Source: Chrysomallon squamiferum (Eukaryota > Animalia > Mollusca). Taken from it: a DNA stretch of 64,000 nucleotides. Each line of letters begins with the position of its first letter. Position 1 is the first letter of the stretch. Made by a program: the position numbers and the translations under genes. The notes beneath the pieces are model-generated. The model saw nothing but the letters and a program-made list of their open reading frames with translations, made no database searches and was not told the origin of the DNA. Positions 32,501 to 43,613 of the stretch are shown in pieces. The stretch covers positions 16,244,001 to 16,308,000 of the forward strand of contig CM022670.1 of the NCBI GenBank assembly GCA_012295275.1. The letters run 5' to 3'.

Positions 32501-34414
32501 TAAAGTATGTATATGTACACACATCATACAAACATTAAGACACTTTATAAAATATAAATAAAAACTTAAGATATATCATAAGCAAAACAAAATAATTTAA
32601 ATATAAACATTAAAAAACACTAACACATTCTGAAGATTTGTCATCAAGGAAAGTACATGTCAGAGTTTGGTTCCTTTCTGAAAATAGAATTTTAAAAAAT
32701 TATAAAATAAAATAAATGATAATACATCAAAAATTCAGATGCAGAAGCCAATAAATGCCATTACAACTGAAACTATGTTAACAATATCAAATTTTAGTTT
32801 ACATTTTTCAAAATCTGTTTAAATACCTATTCCATTGATATATATATCTCATATGTGTAATTTCTTTTTAAATTACTTTAATTTTCTATGGAAAACATTG
32901 ATGAAATTGATGAATCTATGCTGCTTTCAACACCAGGAAAGAGAAAATGGCATCAAACAAAATAAATCTGGTCTAGTGTTGATGAAACATAATTTTTTTC
33001 ATTAGTTTTTGTTAATAATTATCACCAGTATAGTATTATACATGCATGTATTTCCTTATTCACTGGTGGTCTTAAATTTGTAAGACAATTATTATTTATA
33101 TACCTCTTCGTTGTGTTGTTGCTAGCTTTGACAATCCAAATTGAGCTGGTTTGTGATTTTCCAACAAAACTAAAATATAAAAATAAACAAACATCATTTT
33201 CAAATCTTTTAAAAGTAAGATTTCACCAATATGACAAAGCACAGATACACCATCAATTTAAGACTGACAGTGACACTCTGGATCTGCTAGATAAAATTAG
33301 GACAAGGCATTTGAAATTAATTTTTAATTCATAAAGTGATAAACTGATTTTACTAACACAATCAGTACTAACAAAATAGTTTCCTTTAAGCTAATGTATT
33401 TAATCATTTAATTTACATTAATTACTTAAATTTAAAACAGTTCATTTTGCTTCAGATAAAATGATAACCTGGATAAACTTCAGAACAAAATGGTAATGGA
33501 AAAATCAGTGATATAAAATCCTAACCAGAACATTTAAATTATATACATTTATAATCTAAATACAAAATTTATATATACTGATAGTAGTACTGTGGGAAGA
33601 TTCAGATAAAGAAATCTTTAATGCATTTTTTTTTTTAAATTTCAGATGTTCACTGCATTTTGTACTATCAGATGACATTAATAACACATATAAATGTGAT
33701 TATCTGTTATAAAATTAATACTTGAGTTTTTAATAATCTTTTCTGAATATAAAATAAAACATTTGTTAGAACCATACCTCCACTGCTTATAACTTCAAGT
33801 GATGTGAGATCAATCAGGTCATCATGTAAACTAGGTTTTTGATACTGAAACATTTTAATAAAAACACAAGTCATTATGTATTGTTTATAACTTATTATAA
33901 TTATCACAAAATACATATTTTATCTATATTTATCCTATTATTTTTAATTCTGTGTAAGAAGTTTAAGAAGAGGATAAGAAATGTTAAGAAATTTTTTCAG
34001 AATGTATATTTTGTATCAAAATACTTTAGACCCATTTCAAAAAGGATAAACATAGTTGATGTCCATAGTAATAACTTTAGGGGCATAAATCAGTCTATCC
34101 ATAACCAAGATAGGTTTAAGATTTGTGCCAAAGGAAACTTTCACCTGAAATTAATGCTGATTAAAAAATACATAAATTCATTTTATTGTTTAGGCCATCT
34201 ATCTCCTCTTATGACAATTAATAAATAGTAAAATACTAACCATTAAAAATCTGAAATCTTTATTTTAACGTTCGACATGCTTGTTTTTTTTGGTGAAATC
34301 TCACAACCTTTACGGCTTTAGAATAAATTGGTTCATCCTCTGTTTATGATCAATGATGTAGTTATTACACCATCTTGATTTAAATATAAATATACACTGA
34401 TCAAATCCAAAAGC

Positions 34415-34457
<43 letters not shown>

Positions 34458-34871
34458 CATAAATAAATAAATAAATAAAATAATAAAAACAAAAAACAAA
34501 ACGAGGCAAACTGAATCTCTAATATCTATGCAGATCTGGAAGAAACACTTGACCTGAAAAGGCATTTTCTCTCTAACCTCTGCATAATTATCATATTTAT
34601 GGTTTTGTGTTCAATGCTGATACTTTTATTAAAACTTAAATGTTAACATTGTTAAACTTAAACTTAAAGTTGTGGACGGATGATTATTGGCTATTACTAT
34701 TAGTATTGTAATTGTTTATTAATGTGAAACATTATAATAAGGGTTTATCGGTTGTAATATAATTACCTTCTCGATAATAGCTTCCATATTAGTTCTAAAT
34801 CTTCGATCATTCTCTTTTGTTGATCGAATAAAGTTTGACAACAAAGTCATCGAACCAAATATCCCCGCCAT
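29547..34871 (-). CDS. HJURP: Scm3/HJURP-like CENP-A chaperone candidate (~797 aa: N-terminal Scm3 domain plus long S/T/K/N-rich disordered tail)
   Basis: Exons 34871-34767 (MAGIFGSMTLLSNFIRSTKENDRRFRTNMEAIIEK), 33844-33778 (YQKPSLHDDLIDLTSLEVISSG), 33169-33104, 32677-32625, 32113-32065 and 31600-29547. All have GT-AG ends and compatible phases leading into the 662-aa ORF frame. The N-terminus resembles human HJURP RRRFQRRMQRLIEKYNQP and yeast Scm3 NIISKYESIEEQGDLVDLKTGEIV (recalled sequences). Confidence 0.75.
31155..31305 (-). repeat. 30-bp coding tandem repeat, ~5 copies (N-[VF]-S-C-[ND]-E-N-[ST]-D-N)
   Basis: IVSCNENSDNNFSCNENTDNNVSCDENTDINVSCNENSDNILGCSENSDN; the unit ttttcattgcaactgacattgttgtctg recurs every 30 nt. 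Confidence 0.9.
34415..34456. repeat. (AAT)n microsatellite
   Basis: Direct reading of the sequence. Confidence 0.95.
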
Positions 34872-34879
34872 GATCAGCA

Positions 34880-35000
34880 GGTTCCTGTATCCTACATAAG
34901 GGAAACCCGATGCCGGTGTTACAGTTTGAAATTATTCAAGGTTTCAGGCTGCCCTTTTCAAACTGCGCATGCGCTGAAATGAAAAAATGCAGCTGCAATT
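34880..35000. promoter_or_regulatory. Promoter of the HJURP-like gene (head-to-head with MAT2B) with NRF1-type site and CHR-like hexamers
   Basis: TGCGCATGCGC at 34964-34974; TTTGAA at 34925-34930 (+) and 34957-34962 (-); CpG-enriched and within ~100 bp of the ATG at 34871. Confidence 0.5.
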
Positions 35001-37120
35001 CCTGTTGCAAATTTTAAAAGTTTTTCTTTTATTATTATTTTATTACTTTTCCCTTATTGTTTCCAAGTTTGAGATTGGCTTTGTTCTATGTAACTATAGT
35101 TTTAGAACATCGTGTGTGTATCTATGCATTATGTAGATATGTTATATAGGTATGCCGTGTAGTCTGTGATTTCAGAATAGACTCCGTTTTAAATCCTATG
35201 TATGTGGTAAATGCATACCTAAAATAATTTTCATAAAGACAAATGATAGTATATAGTATATGTTATATAAATGAAATAAAATAAGAGAAAGGTGGACAAT
35301 GTCTGTGATCCGATAGACATGACATAAACGACCAGTTTCAGGTTTTTGGAATCGTGGCATCACGTGATATATAAAAATGTATATATTTTTGTACATTTAG
35401 ATTGACACGAGGACGTTGTTTTAAACAGGTATTTATAAATGCTTTGACATCATAATTAAGAACAGATTGAAAAATATATACATAGGAAGTTAACACTATT
35501 TTAATGGAAATTTAAACAAAGAACAATATCAAACATATATTATGGGGATGTGACAACAGTCAGATAATAATAATAATAACATGTGATATATGTACATTAA
35601 GCAAAAATATCGACAGGTGAAAAGTAACTATGACGCGACAAACATTACTATCACGTAGGAAACCGGAACATGTTGAGCATGGGAATATTTAGTTCGATTA
35701 TTTTGCTGTCATCCAGTTTTAAAATGTTCACACAGTTTAATTCTGCAAGAATAGGAGATAGATAAATGAATTAATGTAAAAAGTCAACAAACCAATTGCA
35801 GAAATAAATAAATTGTATTCATTCACCCAGAAAAAGAATTTACAGTAATAAGATACATTAGAAAACACTAGAGACATTATCATGATTCTAACAAATACAC
35901 AACAATTATTATGATGAACAACAATTTGTTAAACATATATATAATAACCAGTTAACTTATATTTATTCATTCGATCATAAACAGGATAAATTTGGTAAAT
36001 AAATTTATTTTGATGTGAAAATAATCAGCATTTTGATATTCATCTGTTTAATACCTGCTAAAATGAACGAACGACTAACTGGGTAATATTTACATATAGC
36101 ATAAGTGTTAACGTATCATGTGATATAAACACACCTGAGTAACAAACAAGATAATAATTTCCAAACAATTTCAATCTACTGGTGCATGCCCAATAATTAA
36201 AGGATAATCTATAATGGGCAATAATCTCAAACTGTCACCGTATATCAGAGTAACAAAGCAGCTTTCGTTGGTATCAATATTTCCTTCAACAACAATACGT
36301 GTACCAATATTTACGTACATTTATTTAGTTATTTAACACTAATAATATTCCAGGCGGACAATTTGTTTGGGAAGGTTGATGCCATAAAAACTGATATACA
36401 AATTAATGCACTAATACAGAACAAAAACAGGTTGTTTACGCAAAAAATTAACATAGGTTCCTTTCACTTTATGCACAGTATTCTCTATATTAATATTGAT
36501 ACATAATTATACCAAAAAACGTACATTTAAATACCTAGAACTGGAAATAAATGTTTATTTACAACTGGAGATCGCTGGATTTTGCTTTGTTTTGTTGGGA
36601 ACTTATTTTTTTTTTTTTTTTTTCTGTTTATTATTAATATTTTTTTTACTTATTTATTTTATTTTTTTTTTTTTTTTTTTTTTCGCTATTTGTATTTTAT
36701 TCCTAGTGTTATATTCTTTTTTTTTTTTTTTCTTTTTTATTAAACAGCAGATAGTTTACAAATAAATGGTTGTTTTGTACTTGCATAATCATAAAGGATT
36801 AGGAAATTTAATTATAATTATTGTCTTACAATTATATATGGATGGATACAAATGTTGTTATAAATCATTGTTAAACTTTAGCTGTTATAAGTTGTGTAGA
36901 TTATAGTTTAGAATAATTCGGATTATGTATTTACACTTTATGCTGTATTTTATGATTTTTCATTATTATAGAAGTTTATAGTAAGTACTTTATAAAAACA
37001 TTTCGATGGACAATGTCATATAAAGTATTTGCTTCATTTCTCTCAAAACAAACGGACAAAATGTCCATTATTCAGTTAACAACCCCTACCCCCCGAAATC
37101 AATAAAAATTGTATGGAACA

Positions 37121-37158
<38 letters not shown>

Positions 37159-37424
37159 TTCTTTTATTTTTTCATTTTTTTTTTTTTTTATTAGTGTAAA
37201 TAAAGTTTCAACATAAATATTAAACAAGACGCCAACAACAACAACTTCATATTCCAAGTCATGGCTCAGAAGTTCATAATTTTGTAAAAATAAAAAGTTA
37301 TATTAATAATGTTTATTGTTTGAATCCAATATATGTGTGTGTTGATTTATTCTCCTATTTGCAATAAGAAAATATAACACATATATAAAAACAGTAATTT
37401 GTTTATTATTATTATTGTTAGGTT

Positions 37425-37845
37425 ATGTCAAAAAGAGTTTTAATTACTGGAGCCTCTGGACTTCTGGGCAGGGCTTTCTTCAAACAGTTTACTGCTGATG
37501 CCTCATGGAAAGTTCTAGGACTTGCATTTTCTAGGGCCAAACCACCTCTTCAGAAAATAGATCTATGCTGTAGAGACGATGTGAACAGTGTTATTAACAC
37601 ATTCAAAGTATGACATTAAGTAAATAATAAAACTGAAATATATTTAAAACAGAATATGTTTAAAATTAACTAGGGTTATAAATTAATGTAATAGAATGAA
37701 GTTCTTTATTCTCTACTGCTTGTGATAAGTTAACACAATCATTCAGTGGACTATATTTAAAACCTGCTAAAAAAACAATCTAACTTTATAATGCAGAAAT
37801 GTATATGACTAAAACCATTTTGTTTTATTTATTTATTTAATTTTC

Positions 37846-37876
<31 letters not shown>

Positions 37877-40777
37877 TAAAGACATAACTGATAAGATAAA
37901 TGATGATATGCACATTTTATTTATACCTATCCATATTTTATTTCAATACCAAAAATGTATTGTATTAAGTACAGTGTGTTCCTTTTTAAAAGCCTAAATA
38001 ACGTATATATGATGAAAACTAACAACTTCGACAGATTTCTACAGAAATTAATGTCGAAACAAAATGTTTCTAGTTCCTTTTAGTATATTATAATAAAAAA
38101 AAAGAAAAAGTTATATCTATCTGTACTATACACATAATTATTTTTAATGTTATTAAATGGTTTTTGACAGATATTCATTATACATTGCTGTTAATATATT
38201 CATCAATTTTTAAGTTTTTTTGCTTAATATTATTTTATCTTGACATTATTCTTGTTGCTACTCTGACTTGTATTAACTTGACCAGTGTCAGGACACACAA
38301 TGGATGTCATCATGAAAGAAAATATATTATTTCTTTATTGGTGTTAAAATTGGTTTTAAAAATGTATTAAAGAATTGTCTTTATTATTATATAAGATACA
38401 CCAATATAAAACATTATATTGTAATACAAGACTTATATTTTGCTTGCATATTCCTTTAAAATGTACTTGAGGAAAAATCCAGATGAAAAGATTACATTCT
38501 CTAGTGGTAATGATTCATAGTAATTCTACACATATAATTACCTTTTTCATACCTGACATCTAAATTGTAATATCTTATAATACATCTGTACTTTATATTT
38601 ATATTTTTAACAAGACAGTATCTTGTTTTTGATATGGCATATATAATTAACCACTAAAATATTATTGAAAAATTGTAGCTTACATTTGTATTGTTTTAGC
38701 CAAACATAATAATACACAGTGCTGCAGAGCGAAGACCTGATGTTGTAGAAAAGCAGGAGGAAACTACTTACAAACTCAATGTCTCAGCCACAGAGTACAT
38801 TTGTGAAGCAGCAGGTAAGTCAGCCAAAAACAGGAACTAAATTGAATTTGGCAGAACAGCCATTCATTGCATAAGTTCAAAAACATTGTGGCTTGAGTAC
38901 CAGATATGAGTTTCCAAAATTATAAGGCCATATAACAGATTTCATCAGTACTGTGTATATACCCTGTTTTTTGTTTGACTGTAACTGTAGAGAAATGGAA
39001 ATGGTCACTAAAACAAAATAATATGTGCTAAAAATGTTTTGAACTTATATGATGAATTATCTATAGCTTATTCAATGTTATTTTAATATTACATATGAAA
39101 TATTCTAATAATAAAATTGTTATTGAAATGCACACATGCTAGCACACGTACACAAACACACAAATAATGGCACACTACTGAATTAAAATTAAATATTAGA
39201 TTAATTGAATACAGGATTTAAATTTTTTACATTTTATAAAATGGCTTTATATCTGACTATTATGCTGTGCAATACTTTTATCTAGTCAAATTATCATTTT
39301 GTTTTAAGTAAGTAACAGAATAAAGATAATTTTAATTATTATTCAGGTTAGTTACTGAAGAAATAATTACCATTTCCAAATTATTCTGATGATATTATAA
39401 GCCCATGTATCATTTAAATAGAAATATCTTAAAACAGTATAATAAATAGTTATTAGTGTGCATCACATCTTACTTGTTATACTGTTACTATTACCAGCTC
39501 CAAATTACTCTAACTATTTTATAAGCTCTTTTTAACATTTAGATAGAAATATGTTAAAAATGTGATAATAAGTAATTACTAATGTTCATAATTCTTACTT
39601 ATTATATTATAATTAACAGTTCCAAAAGACTGTATATTGTAAACTCTTACTGTAATATTTAGCTAGAAATATCTTAAAACTTGATAATGCATCATTATTA
39701 ATGTGCATCACATCTTCTATATTTATACTCTGATTGACACTGTAATACATATATAAATTTAACTTTTTCAAGTAAAGGTTGGAGCTTGGGTGATGTTCAT
39801 TAGTACAGATTATGTTTTTGATGGAAAGAACCCACCTTATGGAGTTAACGACAAACCAAACCCACTGAACAAATATGGAAAGAGTAAACTGGAAGGAGAA
39901 AAGGTGACCCTTGCTCACAATCCAGGTGACAGTAATCAATTTTTTTCTGTTCCCTTTCTTATTTTTTTCAGAGAAATAGTTTTTTTTCTTCAGATATTTA
40001 GGTTAACATTCATATTCAGTAATATAAAAAGGATTTGATTGTTTAAATGAATAATATGAATAAGGACACATGTATTTGATTTAAGAAATGAATAAAAATG
40101 GATAATTTATTGAAAAATGTCTGGTATAAAAAACAGGTTATAACCAGAATTTTTAATGAATATATTGCTGAATTTAAGTAAAATATTTTTTGTTTTCTTA
40201 AATATTATTTTTATTTATTTATTAAAAAACAAAACATATCACATGAATGCAAGAATACTATTTCCCATTTATTCCAGCTTCACATAATGTCACTATCAGT
40301 GCTTGTTTTGTTGTCATACTCTATTATTAGCAAAAACTAAAACAAATAAGATTATTTCAGAGATACAAAAGATACTTTGATTATTTGTTCATATCACAAA
40401 TGAAACTATTAAATCCTAATAAGCAAAGCAAAATATTGTTTCAAATAATATTCATTCAACTACAAGAGCACTTAAGTTTTTTCTAAATATCTCTTCTTTT
40501 TTTTTTTACATTACTGTTTTGTAGACAATGGAGTGTTGAGAGTTCCGATTCTGTATGGTGAAGTGGAATATCTTGAAGAGAGTGCTGTCACTGTGCTGTT
40601 TGTGAAGGTTCATGACTGCAACAATGTTTGCTTGATGTCAGATTATGAAAAGCGCTACCCAACAGCATGTCACGATATTGCTGCTGTTGTTAAACAACTT
40701 TCAGAAATTAGACTGAAGGTAAATCAAAATAATCATAGTTTGAAAAATTAATAATTTTATATTTTTTATTTTTTTTA

Positions 40778-40809
<32 letters not shown>

Positions 40810-41564
40810 ATTTTTTTTTTTTTTTGTGGTATTGTAGCATTCTGTTGAATTTGTTATAGAATTTTTAAAATAAGGTTATTAGTCACGTTTTAAAAAGAAT
40901 TGTCCCAGAAGTTTTCAAAAGCATATGTCTAGGTTTTTTTCCAGATTTTAGTACTAATTTACATTTTAAAAAATAAAATGTAACCAAATTTCTATCTTTG
41001 GAAAAAAGTGATTAAATCATATGCTAATCATTATTGTTGTTTTTGTTTTTGTTTAATTCAATTTGTGTTATGACTTGTTTTGTTTGTCATTTGCTGAAGG
41101 AGAAAACCTTTGCATGAATATTATAAATTGAATATTACTTTGGTAGTTTAAATCTTGGTTTCAACATATTTAAAAATACATTATGTTAAAGAATTATATT
41201 TTTAAATGATACTATAATGTTGCATTAAATATTTTTGTAAATAAGTAAAATATTTTTGTAAATAACTATCAGATATGTAGTATATTTAATTTTCAAAATA
41301 TATTATTTTCAGGACAGCAGTATTAGTGGAATTTTCCACTGGAGTGGAAATGAAGAAATGACAAAATACAATATGGCTGTTGCAATGGCAGAAGTATTTG
41401 GATTACCGACCAATCACATTCAAGCAGACAGAAATCCATCAGGTGGTGCTACACGACCTTACAATGCTAATCTTGATTCTTCCAGGCTGGAAAAACTGAA
41501 TATTAATCATAGGACACCTTTCAGAGCTGGAATAAAAAATGTCCTTGAGAAATATGCAACTTAA
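37425..41564 (+). CDS. MAT2B: Methionine adenosyltransferase 2 subunit beta (RmlD-like SDR), ~298 aa
   Basis: Exons 37425-37607 ([13 protein letters not shown]), 38700-38814 ([13 protein letters not shown]), 39773-39925 ([18 protein letters not shown]), 40525-40718 ([11 protein letters not shown]), 41313-41564 ([14 protein letters not shown]); phases consistent. Confidence 0.95.
39415..39720. repeat. Degenerate ~123-bp tandem triplication in MAT2B intron 2
   Basis: tagaaatat(c/g)ttaaaa...gtgcatcacatctt-like blocks recur at about 39419, 39544 and 39664. Confidence 0.6.
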
Positions 41565-43613
41565 ATCTGTTTCTAAATCTTTTTAATTAAAAGTGGGCAA
41601 ATATTAGACATTTAGTCAAAACAGGTTGCGGTAAAGTTAAGTAGGATTAAATAGATAATTAGAATTCATCTTCACTAATTTTTTCAGCACATACTGATAT
41701 TATGAAACAACTAAATTGTCATATTTCTTTCTTTTTTTCTCAAATTATGAATCTGATGTTTTTCTGGTATATTTTTAAAAAAAAAGTTTGTTAAATTTTT
41801 CTAATAATGATGGTGGGCAATTATTTGGAGACCACTAATTTTATATCTTTAAATGTTTATTTTTAAGCAGAAAGTTTTAAATTGAATTTCTGTTCTTTTG
41901 ATAAAAAAAAATACATGGAATAAAATTTAATAATTTAAATTTGCATTTTTGGATACTAGAGAATGTAGTTTTGATAAACTATACACAGTAAAGTAAATAA
42001 TATATTTTATTACTAAATAAATTAACATCAGAAGTCAATATGGAAACAACTGCTTTTTGATAAAGAGTTACGATTTTGTGCTCACTTTAAAGGTTAAGTC
42101 AAATCACCTTTCTATTATACTGCTTCTTTCAAAGTGGATGAAAATACACAGAAACCAGAAAACAATCAATTAAAATCTGTACTACTCTAATATACATATA
42201 TATATATTTGTTTTCAATATATCAGTTTTGTTTCACATCTTATGCCAACCTGAGGTAAATACCACATATTCAGAAAGAATTAAATTGTTCCTTTTGTGAT
42301 AACCAAAATATGTTTTCTATCTTTGAATTAATTTTAAGTTACACAGCAATACATTCCATCCATTTTTTTATCCATAAAATTACCAGTATATTTACAGTTA
42401 GTTTGGAGTTTTTGACTAATTTGTTTTAAACTGTTCTATGAAAATGACAGAAGTGCCATTGGTGAATTCCGAGAATATCGAGCCATAAATGTAAACCAAA
42501 ACAAATACCGGAGTGAAAATTCAAGATTAGTAAGAGAATTATTATCTTACAGTAAAGAAGCATTTACCTCTTAAGTTTATAGTGAAACTGGAAAGAAGGC
42601 AGTAAGACCAATGTTTTGAAACTAGTTACTAAAACAAAGTACAGTTTTGTTTTTATTGACCTTTTATATTAAATGTTATTATTTATTTTGTTAGTTAGTT
42701 TTATTGAACCTGCATAGTAAGATGTCAGTTGGAAATAAAGAATTTTTACAAATATTTTGTGAAGTTGTGTTATGAAAAACAACAGGAAAAATAGATATAC
42801 CTGTACACATTTGTTTATAATAATTTTGACTGAAAACAGTCCTTTGGGACAAATTTATAAAATCTGTTAAAAAAAAAAAAAAAAAAAAAAATTTGGAGGC
42901 AGATGTTAAAATGTAAAAATAATTTGTGCAGAAATAACAGTTATAAATTAGTGATTTTTTAACATCCAGAAAATTCTTAATTCTGTGAGTATTTGTTTTA
43001 AAAAACTTTTAATTTATTTATCTTGACTTATTCACCTATATGCCCTATTTGTTAATGGCTTCAAGACCAGATTTCTTCCTAATATATATAAATATATACG
43101 TAATATATATGTGTTTGTGGGTGTGGATGTGTATATAATTATTATTTCTCAACCAAAGAAAGATTTGTTAAAAATGGAAGAACCTTTATACAGCCAAACC
43201 AAGATCTATAACATAGTATAAACGTACCATTCAAGGACCAATGAAGAAACATTTTGTAAATATTTTATTCAGTTCAAAATTAAAGCATACATAATCTACA
43301 TACGTACGTTCGTATATATTTATAATGTATATGTGTATGTAAAAATATATTTTGTATATGTACATAACATTAATAACGCAAAATCAAAAATAATTTTATA
43401 ATCAGTTGTTATGGTTATTTGGATCGCCCATTAATCATTTAAGGTGCGCTCTTTACTCTTGCTTTTCTCTTGAAAAACTGGCTAGTTACACTACAGTGTT
43501 TGTTAGGTTGCTTGTGGTTGTTTTGGCTGTTTATTTGGGTAGTATATCCAAGGGAAGTAATCTACACAGACGCACACATTGCGGTGTATTTCTTGTATTA
43601 GTTTCTGTTCAAA

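Noticed and set aside
33778-33844. DDLIDLT read as a SUMO-interacting motif (SIMC1-like gene)
   Set aside because: Better explained as the Scm3 beta strand once joined to the upstream IIEK helix exon.
34027-34400. Exon-like segments in HJURP-like intron 1 (34144-34052 VKVSFGTNLK..; ~34343-34308 EDEPIYSKAVK) and a TTATCCTTT U12-like motif
   Set aside because: Weak donors or incompatible phase, no U12 branch site, and inclusion would split the IEK|Y Scm3 motif. Direct 34767-33844 splicing is simpler.
36496-36765. Phe-rich 89-aa ORF
   Set aside because: Poly-T low-complexity intronic/intergenic DNA.
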